Shown in pieces: positions 52,737-62,609 of a stretch of 64,000 nucleotides of DNA. The stretch's first letter is position 1. Each line of letters opens with the position of its first letter. The DNA is from an uncultured bacterium. Lineage in GTDB: Bacteria > Verrucomicrobiota > Verrucomicrobiia > Limisphaerales > UBA8199. The notes under the pieces were generated by a model. It worked only from the letters and a program-made list of their open reading frames with translations. It was not told the origin of the DNA and did no database searches. The stretch covers positions 192,001 to 256,000 of the forward strand of contig CAVVMW010000012.1 in assembly GCA_963749495.1 (NCBI GenBank). Direction: 5' to 3'. A program made the translations under genes and the position numbers.

Positions 52737-53004
52737 CTTCGGACTTCGCGCCGACTCGAGGAAAGAGTCCCAGCGGGTGGGAAACATCACCCAGCCCGGA
52801 AGGGTTTGCCGCCCGGGCGTCCTGGTGCCATCCTCGCCTGCCACCCGGCGGAATGCCTTCTCCCCTCTGAGCAAGGCGGGCCAACGATCCCTGTGTCGAG
52901 TCCCAAGTAGGGTTGACGCAACAACTTACGCTCGTGCGGCTCACGATGGATCGGCCAAAACCCCGTCTTGGCCGCTACCGGGCACTATTCCCCCTCCATG
53001 ACGT

Positions 53005-53019
53005 TGGCATCAGACATGC
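53005..53019 (+). promoter_or_regulatory. sigma54 promoter motif upstream of the PAS kinase
   Basis: TGGCATC-AGAC-ATGC, nearly identical to the motif at 35389. Confidence 0.55.
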
Positions 53020-53152
53020 TTATCCCCTTGAGCGATGATCGCATTGGATTGGCAGTTCAGTGCCAGATCCAGTCGCGTTGGATTGTCAGGCTGCAGGGTT
53101 GAGCACGCGGGTCCCGGAGCATTGATGGAAAACGCGAGCCGTTTTTCCGAGT

Positions 53153-54469
53153 ATGAACGAGTATTCCGATACACCAGTTGCGGCGACGGCGCCCAACGTC
53201 CCGGAGGCTCGTTTTGTCTGCACGCAGCCGGCCATGGCGGACGCTAACGACGCGCTGCAGGCCCTGCTGGACAATGCCCCGGACGCCATCTACTTCAAAG
53301 ACCGCCACTCCCGTTTCGTTCACTTCAGCAAGTCCTTTCAGCGGATCTTCGGCGTGGACGACCTCGAGTCCATTCGCGGCAAGACCGATTTCGATTTTTT
53401 CACCGAGGAGCACGCCCGGGCCGCCTACGAGGACGAGCAGGAAATCCTCCGCACCGGCCAGCCGATTCTCGGGAAACTGGAGAAACAGACGCCCCTGGAC
53501 GGGCGGGTCAGTTGGGTATTGACCACCAAGATGCCCTGGTACGACAGGAAGGGCAACCTCATCGGCACCTTCGGCATCTCCAAAGACGCCACGGTCCTCA
53601 AGCGAGCCGAGATGGAACTGGAGAGCGCCCACCAGCGCCTTGTGGAAACCTCGCGCCTGGCCGGCATGGCCGAAGTGGCCAGCGACGTCCTCCACAACGT
53701 CGGCAATACCCTCAACAGCATCAATGTCTCCGCCAGCCTGGTCATTGACGCTATCAAGCAACTGAATTTCAACAACGTCGCCCGCATCCCGGCGCTGCTC
53801 CAGGAAAACGCCGGCCAGCTCGACGAGTTCCTGACCACCGATGCGCGGGGCAAGCACATCCCCCAGTACCTGGCCAGCGTCCCGGCCAAGCTCGAGGAGC
53901 AAAAGGGTTACGTGCTCCGGGAACTCGAACAACTGCGCCGGCACGTCGATCACGTCAACCAGATCGTCGCCATGCAGCAGAGCTACGCCAAGGTTGCCGG
54001 TGTGCAGGAACTGGTCGACCTCGCCCAGTTGGTCGAGGACGCCCTCCACATCAACGCCGGCGCCCTGCAGCGGCACACCATCCGCTACCAGCGCGACCTC
54101 GAACCCCTGCCCCCCATCCTGGTCGATAAACACAAGGTCCTCCAAATCCTCATCAACCTCATCCGCAACGCCAAATACGCCTTGAGCGAGTCCCCGTCCG
54201 CCGACAAGCTCCTCACCCTGCGCGCCCGCCGCGCCCAGGACGGCCAGGTCCAAATCCAAGTCGTGGACAATGGCGTCGGCATCCCCCCGGAGAATCTCAC
54301 CCGCATCTTTGCCCACGGCTTCACCACCCGCCCCAACGGCCACGGCTTCGGCCTCCACAGCAGCGCCCTGGCCGCCCGCGAACTGGGCGGCGCCCTCTCC
54401 GCCCATAGCGACGGCCCGGGCCGCGGCGCCACCTTCACCCTCACCCTGCCCTTTAGAACGACCGAGTGA
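53153..54469 (+). CDS. PAS-domain sensor histidine kinase
   Basis: IYFKD...GKTDFDFF (PAS), VLHNVGN, NLIRNA, DNGVGI and GHGFGL. Confidence 0.92.
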   Translation: MNEYSDTPVAATAPNVPEARFVCTQPAMADANDALQALLDNAPDAIYFKDRHSRFVHFSKSFQRIFGVDDLESIRGKTDFDFFTEEHARAAYEDEQEILRTGQPILGKLEKQTPLDGRVSWVLTTKMPWYDRKGNLIGTFGISKDATVLKRAEMELESAHQRLVETSRLAGMAEVASDVLHNVGNTLNSINVSASLVIDAIKQLNFNNVARIPALLQENAGQLDEFLTTDARGKHIPQYLASVPAKLEEQKGYVLRELEQLRRHVDHVNQIVAMQQSYAKVAGVQELVDLAQLVEDALHINAGALQRHTIRYQRDLEPLPPILVDKHKVLQILINLIRNAKYALSESPSADKLLTLRARRAQDGQVQIQVVDNGVGIPPENLTRIFAHGFTTRPNGHGFGLHSSALAARELGGALSAHSDGPGRGATFTLTLPFRTTE

Positions 54470-54479
54470 ACCGGTGTCG

Positions 54480-54597
54480 GAACCTTTGTCGCAACCTTTG
54501 TCGCAGCCTTTGTCGACTTGGCCCTTCTTCGACAGAGGTTGCGACAAAGGCTGCGACAAAGGTTGCGACAAAGGTTGCGACAAAGGCTGCGACAAAG
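54480..54597. repeat. Inverted tandem arrays of a 12-mer: (CCTTTGTCGCAR)x3 and (TGCGACAAAGGY)x5
   Basis: Directly visible between two convergent genes. Confidence 0.85.
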
Positions 54598-54624
54598 TTG
54601 GTTGCCGCGATGGGCCCCAGCCGC

Positions 54625-56002
54625 TTATCGAGGCTCGACGGACAGGCCCTGGACGTGTTCGCCCACTTGCAGCCGCTCTGAGCCGGCGGTGAGCTTTTCG
54701 CCGAGGATCTCGATGCCGGCAAGGGAAACGTTGCGCACCTGGTGCTGCTCGTCCGCGCCGCTGAGTTGCGCGCGATAGGCCCCGGGTTTGCCTGTCACGG
54801 TCACGTTGCGGAAACGCACGTCCTGGATGTGGCCCGGCACTTTCCGGCGCATATACTGGTTGACCACGGGCTTGAGCCGGAGCAGCTCGTTCTGGCCCTC
54901 GCCGTTGAGGCGCACGTCCTGGACCGTCACGTCCTCCAGCCGCATCTCCTCGCCCGGCTCGAACAGGAACGGCGTCATCGAGAAGTGAATGATGTCCAGG
55001 TTGCGCAAGGTGATGCCCCGCATGAAAGGCGCCCGGCTCTCGTGCCCGAGCAGGAAATCCGCGCCCGGTCGCACCACAGCGTGCAGTCCTGGACTGTCAC
55101 CCGCTCGACGTTGCTGTTGGGCCCGGCGAGCTCCAGGCCCTTGAGCGCCACGCAATCGTCGTCGCTGCGAATGAAGCAATCCGTGATGAGCACGTCCTGG
55201 GAGTTGCACGGGTTGATGCCGTCGTCGTTCTGCACCCGCCCCCCGCAGATCTTCACCCCCCGCACTGTGACCTGGCGGCTGTCCCGCGGCACGATCGTCC
55301 AATGCGATGCGCCCCGGACCGTGATGCCGCTGACCTCGACGTTGGTGCCGCGAATGGCGACCACTTGGGGCGTCGGCCCTCGGCGCCACTCGAAATCGGA
55401 GCTGTCGAGGATGCCCCGGCCGGTGATGCGGATGTTCTGGCCTTCCGCCGCCACGCCGCCTTTGACCACAGCCCCGCCGGCCAGGTAAAGCGTTTGGTTA
55501 TTGGTCAGGACGATCTTCCCGGGTTTGTGAACGCCCGGCCCGAAATAGATGACGCCCGGCGCCCCGGGCTGGGGCGGGCGCTCTTCCAGCGGATTGGCGA
55601 AGAGCAGCAGCGGCCCCTTTTTCCCGTCCGGCTCCAGGCTCAGCTTGAGCGGGCCCGGCAGCGACAGGACCAGGGTGTGGTCCCCTTCCGGACGCAATGT
55701 CACGTCCGGGCGCGCCGGGCGAACCACCGTCTCCCGCAAAGAGCGTTTCGAGGTGATGCGCACCTCGACCGCCCCTGCCATGTCGAAATTGGCGAACGAG
55801 TAGGCCCCGCCGTAATCATATTCCTTGCCGGCGAACGGCGGGTCGAGCACGCGCGCAGTATAGACATCCACTTTCTGGCCGCCGGCCTGGACCTCGTAAT
55901 CCGGCGAGAGGGCCTCCCCGCCGGCGCCGGGTAAGTCACCACCTCGGCCCCGGCCGCAACCGCCGCCGCACCGCACACCAAGGAGCAGAAGATCGCTTTC
56001 AT
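54625..56002 (-). CDS. Glycoside hydrolase family 28-like parallel beta-helix protein (two frameshifts, near 55920 and 55050)
   Basis: IYFGPGVH, LYLAGGAVV, ITGRGILD, NDDGI and DDCVALKG. Confidence 0.75.
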
Positions 56003-56046
56003 GCCCTCAGTAAGACCGAAAACCGGGCGAAAGACAATCACTCGTT

Positions 56047-56394
56047 CTAATTCACCTTCAGCCGTTTGAGTGCGCGGCGGATTTTGGTGACCAGCCAGTC
56101 CTGGTAAATGCTGCCGAACCAGTTCTGGGCGGTGGTGGGGTCCTGGAGCGACCGGGCCTCCTGCTCCTTGAGCAAATGAATGTCGTCGACGTGGAACAAT
56201 TTCTCGTGGGCGTCATCCTCGCCATCCGTGACGGGATGGAGCAGGCGGTCGTCCCAAACCACGGTCTTGTCCCGGTTATCAGCGGAGACATGACTGGAGG
56301 GCGTGCTGGAGATGCGGCCGGTCTTGAGGTTGACGTTGCCGCTGTGGACTTCGACGATGACGACGCGTTCGCCATAGACCGCGCTTCCATTCAT
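56047..56394 (-). CDS. Hypothetical protein
   Basis: 115 aa, AGAAAGG RBS, host-like codon usage and an upstream TTGACA-N16-TAATAT motif (56553-56580). Confidence 0.55.
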   Translation of the reverse strand: MNGSAVYGERVVIVEVHSGNVNLKTGRISSTPSSHVSADNRDKTVVWDDRLLHPVTDGEDDAHEKLFHVDDIHLLKEQEARSLQDPTTAQNWFGSIYQDWLVTKIRRALKRLKVN

Positions 56395-56689
56395 AGGAGT
56401 GCCTTTCTCATGGTTGACAGGTGGGAGGTGTGGGGTTGGAGCCGGGTTTCCAGCCGCTGCCCGGACAGAGGCCTCCCGGGGCCGGGAGAGGCCGGACAGC
56501 GTCATGGCGGCTGCGGGCTTGCACAGTGAGTTAGCAAGTAAACCTATTGGCCATATTAGAGGGACTTCGAGTCATGTCAACGAGAATCTCTTAACATATA
56601 TTGTGACCATACTCGCAATTCATCCTCCGGGAGCTTTATGAAGCAGGCCGTTGGGCAGTTGTGTTCGGCACGTCTGTCCCCATCGAAGC

Positions 56690-56790
56690 CAAAGCGCGGG
56701 AATGCCGCGCACTCCAAGGGCTTCGCCATCTCGGATGCGCTTCCATTGTTCGCGAAGGGTCTGGAGTGCGGCGCATTCCCCCGCTTTGGC
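56690..56790. repeat. REP-like doublet (AAAGCGCGGGAATGCCGCGCACTCC family)
   Basis: Inverted arms; half-copy at about 7565. Confidence 0.7.
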
Positions 56791-56934
56791 CTTCCAGAAA
56801 CTCTGCTTTGTCAACAACCCAGACGCCCGGACGCCCCCCCTTGTGAAGTCCATTACCTGCCCTTTTGTCCTTGGCGAAAGTGGGTGGATAGCTATACTGG
56901 CCTTCGTTTAACCGGAGCGAGGCAGGCGCGCGGG

Positions 56935-57687
56935 ATGTCAAAGGCAACTGACAGCGGGACGTGTTCATCTGGCCAGGGCGATTGGTTCACCACCACCCAT
57001 TGGAGTGTAGTGCTCAGCGCGCGCGATCCGGCCTCGCCGCTGGCCACTGAGGCTTTGAACAAGCTTTGCCGCGTTTACTGGTACCCCCTCTACGCTTATG
57101 TTCGACGGCAGGGGCACGACGAAGAATCGGCGAAGGACCTGACACAGGAGTTTTTTGCGCGTCTCGTCCAGAAGAATTACCTGGGGCAAGTCCAGCCCGC
57201 AAAAGGCAAGTTCCGCTCGTTTCTCCTGGCAGCACTGAGGCATTTCCTCTCAGATGAATGGGACCGGGTGCGGGCCGCGAAACGCGGGGGAGGCCAGACC
57301 TTCATTTCGTTGGACGAGCAAATGCCCGAAGGGCGTTATCGCCTGGAGCCGGTCGATGAACTGAATGCCGAGAGGATCTTCGAGCGGCGGTGGGCCCTCA
57401 CTCTGCTGGAACAGGCGCGGGAGCGTTTGCGCGAGGAGTACGTCCGCATCGGCAAAGCCGAACAATACGAACGGTTGAAGGTTTTCGAGGCGGCCGACGG
57501 GGACGCCCCGAGTTATGCCGAAGTCGGCGCGCAACTGGACATGACGCTGGGGGCGGTCAAATCGGCGGTCCATCGGTTGCGCGCTCGGTATCACGAGCTT
57601 GTACGGGACGAAATCGCCCATACTGTCGCCAGTCCGGCTGAGATTGATGAGGAAATTCAATATCTGATCGGCGTGATAGGCAAGTGA
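56935..57687 (+). CDS. ECF RNA polymerase sigma factor (Ser/Thr-kinase-associated type)
   Basis: FTTTHWSVV, YWYPLYAYVRR, AKDLTQEFF, KFRSFL and AVKSAVHRLR. Confidence 0.9.
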   Translation: MSKATDSGTCSSGQGDWFTTTHWSVVLSARDPASPLATEALNKLCRVYWYPLYAYVRRQGHDEESAKDLTQEFFARLVQKNYLGQVQPAKGKFRSFLLAALRHFLSDEWDRVRAAKRGGGQTFISLDEQMPEGRYRLEPVDELNAERIFERRWALTLLEQARERLREEYVRIGKAEQYERLKVFEAADGDAPSYAEVGAQLDMTLGAVKSAVHRLRARYHELVRDEIAHTVASPAEIDEEIQYLIGVIGK

Positions 57688-57792
57688 CGCTGGATGGCGG
57701 GTGCCGAGCGGAGCCCGAGATCCCGCGGAACTTTTTGTTGGCATTTCCTCTATAAGATGGTGAGAAACCACGCCTGAGAGAAAGACGAGCCA

Positions 57793-60700
57793 ATGGCGGG
57801 AGCACGAGAATGCGCGGTCTGCGGAGCAACGCTGCCCAGCGAAGTGCCAGCGGGCTCCTGTCCTGTTTGCGCCCTGCGTGGCGCGCTGGCCGCCGCCAGC
57901 GCGCGGCAGCAGGGGGCTCCGGGGCCTGTTGCCAGTGCCGAACCACCCATTCACGAACCGAGTGGAGCCAGGGTGCGCTACTTTGGCGACTACGAATTAC
58001 TCGAAGAGATCGGTCGCGGCGGCATGGGCGTGGTCTTGAGAGCCCGCCAAATGAGCCTGAAACGCCCCGTGGCTGTGAAAATGATCCTGACCGGCCAACT
58101 GGCCAGCGAGGCGGACGTAAGGCGGTTCCATGCCGAGGCCGAAGCAGCCGCTAATCTCGATCACCCAAACATCGTCGCCATCTACGAGGTTGGCGAGCAC
58201 CAGGGACAGCACTATTTCAGCATGCAGTTGGTTGAGGGGGAAGACCTTGCGACGCGGATGTCCGCGTCCGAACGCCCGCTCGCGAGCAGTGCCGCGGCGG
58301 GGTTGGTGGCCAAGGTGGCTCGGGCCGTGCATTACGCGCACCGGCGGGGCATTTTGCACCGGGACCTCAAGCCGGCAAACGTCTTGCTGGACGCAAAGGG
58401 GGAACCGCACGTGACGGATTTCGGTCTGGCCAAGCGATTGGGGCGGCGCGGCACGGTGACCCTGAGTGAATCAACCGCAGGCACACCCAGCTTTATGGCC
58501 CCGGAACAAGCTTCCGGGAAGGCGCCGCGTCCGACCACGGCCGTGGACATCTACAGTCTGGGCGCCATACTCTACTACCTGTTGACCAAACGGCCGCCCT
58601 TTGGCCCTGCGATGCTTCTGGAGACTTTGCGCCGGGTGGCGGAGGAGGAGCCTGCCCGCCCCAGCGCGCTCAACCAGGGCATCGATCGTGACGTGGAGAC
58701 GATCTGTCTGAAGTGTCTTGAAAAAGACCCCAACCACCGCTACGGCTCAGCCGAGGCCTTGGCCGAGGATTTCAAGCGCTGGCTGCGCCATGAACCGATC
58801 CGGGCCCGGCGGGTGACGCTTTTTGAACGGGGCATAAAATGGGCCAGACGAAAGCCCACGGTTGCGGGCCTGCTCGTTGGGTTGGCGCTGGTAGCGGCGC
58901 TCGGCTCCGCGGGGGTGGCGTGGCAGTCCCGCCAGGCGAAAAAGGAGCGGAAGCGAGCGGAGGAGAACTTTGGCCGGATGCAAATTCACAGGGCGGAAGC
59001 GCTGCTCGAGGCGCAGAATCCTGCGCCGGCTGTGGCTTGCCTGGCCCAAGTGTTGCGTGAGAACCCAAGTGACCGCGTCGCCGCTGGACGCCTGGTGTCT
59101 GTGTTGACTTGCCGCAACTTCGGCTTGCCGGTCGCGCTGCCCATCAACGTGGCACACTCGTCTGCACACGCGCTCCGAATGAACCTGAACTCATCCACCT
59201 TCGACGTGGCCGGCCAACGAATGGTTCTGCAAGTCGAGAGCAACAGCGTTTGCGTCTGGGATGCTGACACCGGCCAACCACTGCCCACAGCGCTCAAGCA
59301 CCGAGGCGCCGTCAATTCGGCGCGCCTGAGTCCGGATGGGGAGAGCCTGGTGACCGCGTCGAGCGATCACACGGCCATTCTATGGGACGCGCGGACCGGC
59401 GCGCCATTGTTCGAACCGCTCAAACACACCGAGGCTGTGCTCTTTGCCAGCTTCAGCCCCAACGGGCTGCTCGTCGTCACCGTTTGCCGGGACACGACGG
59501 CGCGGGTGTGGAGTGCCCGCACAGGCCGGCCCCTGGCCGATCCGCTCAAACATGATGGCGTGGTCACTTTCGCCCGGTTCAGTCCTGGCGCAGAGCGGTT
59601 GATCACGGGCTGGGGAGAAAGGGTGGCGCGGGTTTGGGACACTCGGACAGGGGCGCTCGCCTGGGAGACACGCGGGCACACCGGCGCCGTTACCGATGCG
59701 CAATTCAGCCCCGATGGGCAGCGCGTCATTACCGCTTCGCAAGACAGCACTGCGCGGATTTGGGATGCCAGCACCGGGCGGCTGTTGATTGAACCATTGT
59801 TCCACCAGGATCAGAAGCCGGCCCCATCCAGCCGCAGTCAAGGGGTCACCTCTGCGAAGTTCAGCCCGGACAGCACTCGAGTGCTGACCGTTTGCGCTTA
59901 CTCAACCGTAGCGGCGGGCGGCCCTCGTTACTCTGTTCACCTGTGGGATGTTGTGGCCAATCCGCCGGCACCCACGCTCCTGGTAGCCGATGGCGAGCCT
60001 TGCCCGGACCTCAGCCCGGATGGACAGCGGGTGGTGACGGCCAATGATACGACGGCGAGGATCTGGAATGGCCGCACCGCCGACCAGTTACGCCAACCGC
60101 TCCTGCACGACGGCCAGGTGTTTTCGGCGGTGTTCAGCCCGGATGGGCAATGGATCGCCACCGTATCACAAGACAAGACCGCACGGGTTTGGGATGCCCA
60201 GACCGGCCAACCCATCAGTCAGCCCCTTAGGCACGCGGCGGCGCCCTTTTGTGCCCGGTTCACCGGCGATGGCCGGCGGCTGGTTACGGTTAGCGCCGGG
60301 CACGTGATGATCTGGAATGTCCAATTCGGCCAGGCGCTCTCCGAACTATTCCAGCAGCCCAGGGGGAAGTCGCCCGCCGTCTCTGACATTGAATTCAGTC
60401 CGGACGGCCGGCAAATCCTCACCGCCTGCCTCGACAACGCCGCACGGCTCTGGGATGCGCGCGGCCGCAAGCCTCTCGACACCGCTTTTTCGCACTCGGG
60501 CCCTATCGCCGCGGTCCAGTTCAGTCCGGACGGCGGGCAAGTGCTCACCGCCTCGGCGGACCAGACGGCGCGCGTATGGGACGCGCGCTCGGGCCGGGCG
60601 CTGGTCGAGTTGCGCCAGCATGAGGGCCCCGTGAGGTGCGCGCGATTCAGTCCCGATGGCAAGCTCGTCGTGACCGGTTGTGCAGATTGGGCCGCTCGGA

Positions 60701-62328
60701 TTTGGGACGCCCGCACTGGCCGGCTTGTCGCGCCACCGCTCAAGCATGCCGGGGAGGTAAATGCGCTCGCTTTCAGCCCAGAGGGGCAACGCCTCGTCAC
60801 AGCCTCGGCCGACCAAACCGCCCGGATTTGGGACTCGCACACGGGCCGGGCTTTGACTGAGCCGCTCAGACACGATGGCCGGGTGGCCAGCGCGCAATTC
60901 AGTCCAGATGGCAGGGTCCTGGCCACCGCGTCCTGGGACAAGACTGCACGTCTGTGGGACGCGCGCACCGGCCGGCCCCTCACTGAGCCGCTGAGGCACG
61001 ATGACGCCGTGAACGGAGCCCGCTTTAGCCCGGATGGAAAACGGCTGGTGACTGCTTCCGACAACAAGACGGCGCGCGTGTGGGACGCCTCCAGCGGCCA
61101 TTTGCTGACGCCACCCCTGAGGCATCGGGCCGAGGTTAAGGCCGCCCGGTTCAGCCCCGACGGAGGGCAGGTCCTGACAACGTGCTGGGGGAGTCTGCGG
61201 CTCTGGGATGCCCAAACGGGCCAACCGCTGACCGACTCCCTCACACTGGACGTCCGGTGCGTCGAGTTCGACCCGGCGGGACAGTGGCTGATTGTCGGTT
61301 GCTACTCCGGCTTGAGGCGGCTGGAAATTCCAGCCGCCTCGGTACCCGTTCCTGGCTGGCTTCCGGAATTGGCCGAAGCGATCGCCGGACAGAGATTGCC
61401 CAGCGAGCGCACCGTTCAACCGGCTCCGCTGGAGGAGTTTTTCCGGCTGAGGGGTGGCCTATCGGCTTCTCTCAGCTCCGATCCCTATACTCGATGGGCC
61501 AAATGGCTCCTCGCCGACCGCCGCACCCGCGCGCTCTCGCCCGCTTCCCCTCTCACCTTGCCCGAATACATTCAACAGCGGGAGCAGGAGAAGACCTGGG
61601 ACGGACTCTACGAAGCGGTCCGCGAAGTGGGCTGCTACGAGGCGGTCGTGGGAACGCGCCATGCGGCAGCCGCAGGCTTGGTGTCCAACGCCCTGGCCAC
61701 TATCCAGATACCCGGCATCGCGAATACGGCAGAGGGCGGCGCGAGTCCGGACCCGCATTGGTGGATGACCGCCGCCCCGGCTGAGGCGCGCCTGACCCTG
61801 CCGATGAGAGCCCTCAAGATTGATCAAAACTCCTCGATCGCTCCCTGGACCGACAAGAAATTCAATTGGGCCAGCCGCGACGAGTCAACGCTCCGCCAGA
61901 TCGACCCCGGCCCGCCGCCGGCCTATCAAAATGACGATTCGGGCTGGATCAGCTTCAATCACTTCGGCGGCGCGCCCGGGGTGCGGGGCGACGCCCCCTA
62001 CGGCTACTACACTTACACGCTGAGCTTCGATCTCACCGGCTTCAGGCCGGACAGCGCCGTGATCAAGGGCCGCTGGTGGTCAGACAATAGCAGCAAGCTC
62101 AGGATCAACCAGGCAGATGTTGACGGACTGATTGAACCGCCGGAGTTCGCGCCACAGCACCTGGGCAAAGCCTTCGACGTTCCCGCCAAGCTCCTGCACC
62201 CTGGAACGAATACGCTGACCTTCGAGGTCCTCAACGAATGGAACGAGCTGGGCACCACCGGCCTGCGGGTGGATTTCAGCCAGGCCACCGCAGAACCGGC
62301 CGCCTCGCCGGCCGACAACAAGAGGTGA
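57793..62328 (+). CDS. Ser/Thr protein kinase with TM helix, WD40 repeats and a C-terminal jelly-roll-like domain
   Basis: IGRGGMGVV, VAVK, HRDLKPAN, DFGLAK, APE, and many FSPDG...TAS.D.TARIWD repeats. Confidence 0.93.
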   Translation: MAGARECAVCGATLPSEVPAGSCPVCALRGALAAASARQQGAPGPVASAEPPIHEPSGARVRYFGDYELLEEIGRGGMGVVLRARQMSLKRPVAVKMILTGQLASEADVRRFHAEAEAAANLDHPNIVAIYEVGEHQGQHYFSMQLVEGEDLATRMSASERPLASSAAAGLVAKVARAVHYAHRRGILHRDLKPANVLLDAKGEPHVTDFGLAKRLGRRGTVTLSESTAGTPSFMAPEQASGKAPRPTTAVDIYSLGAILYYLLTKRPPFGPAMLLETLRRVAEEEPARPSALNQGIDRDVETICLKCLEKDPNHRYGSAEALAEDFKRWLRHEPIRARRVTLFERGIKWARRKPTVAGLLVGLALVAALGSAGVAWQSRQAKKERKRAEENFGRMQIHRAEALLEAQNPAPAVACLAQVLRENPSDRVAAGRLVSVLTCRNFGLPVALPINVAHSSAHALRMNLNSSTFDVAGQRMVLQVESNSVCVWDADTGQPLPTALKHRGAVNSARLSPDGESLVTASSDHTAILWDARTGAPLFEPLKHTEAVLFASFSPNGLLVVTVCRDTTARVWSARTGRPLADPLKHDGVVTFARFSPGAERLITGWGERVARVWDTRTGALAWETRGHTGAVTDAQFSPDGQRVITASQDSTARIWDASTGRLLIEPLFHQDQKPAPSSRSQGVTSAKFSPDSTRVLTVCAYSTVAAGGPRYSVHLWDVVANPPAPTLLVADGEPCPDLSPDGQRVVTANDTTARIWNGRTADQLRQPLLHDGQVFSAVFSPDGQWIATVSQDKTARVWDAQTGQPISQPLRHAAAPFCARFTGDGRRLVTVSAGHVMIWNVQFGQALSELFQQPRGKSPAVSDIEFSPDGRQILTACLDNAARLWDARGRKPLDTAFSHSGPIAAVQFSPDGGQVLTASADQTARVWDARSGRALVELRQHEGPVRCARFSPDGKLVVTGCADWAARIWDARTGRLVAPPLKHAGEVNALAFSPEGQRLVTASADQTARIWDSHTGRALTEPLRHDGRVASAQFSPDGRVLATASWDKTARLWDARTGRPLTEPLRHDDAVNGARFSPDGKRLVTASDNKTARVWDASSGHLLTPPLRHRAEVKAARFSPDGGQVLTTCWGSLRLWDAQTGQPLTDSLTLDVRCVEFDPAGQWLIVGCYSGLRRLEIPAASVPVPGWLPELAEAIAGQRLPSERTVQPAPLEEFFRLRGGLSASLSSDPYTRWAKWLLADRRTRALSPASPLTLPEYIQQREQEKTWDGLYEAVREVGCYEAVVGTRHAAAAGLVSNALATIQIPGIANTAEGGASPDPHWWMTAAPAEARLTLPMRALKIDQNSSIAPWTDKKFNWASRDESTLRQIDPGPPPAYQNDDSGWISFNHFGGAPGVRGDAPYGYYTYTLSFDLTGFRPDSAVIKGRWWSDNSSKLRINQADVDGLIEPPEFAPQHLGKAFDVPAKLLHPGTNTLTFEVLNEWNELGTTGLRVDFSQATAEPAASPADNKR

Positions 62329-62609
62329 ATGGTTGCCCGGACCCTCAGAATTCCAGAAAATTCCCGCAACTTTTCCTCGCGTTTTCCTCTGTACAACGCG
62401 GAACCAGGGCGCAATGGAAAGTGCCGTTCCATAGGAGCGCGGACGCCTCGTCCGCGCGGCTCTGGCGGCAACAAATGCGCGGACGGGGAGTCCGCGCTCA
62501 TATGTGCGACCTGAACAGTTACGAATCGTCAAGCCCAGCGGCCCTTGCTCCGCCTTTGTGGCAAGCCGAACGAATCAGAACGTGCAGCATCAATGAACAG
62601 GATAGTCCC

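Noticed and set aside
54480..54597. CRISPR array (also considered for the heptamer and 15-mer arrays)
   Set aside because: Units are contiguous without unique spacers and too short, and there are no cas genes.
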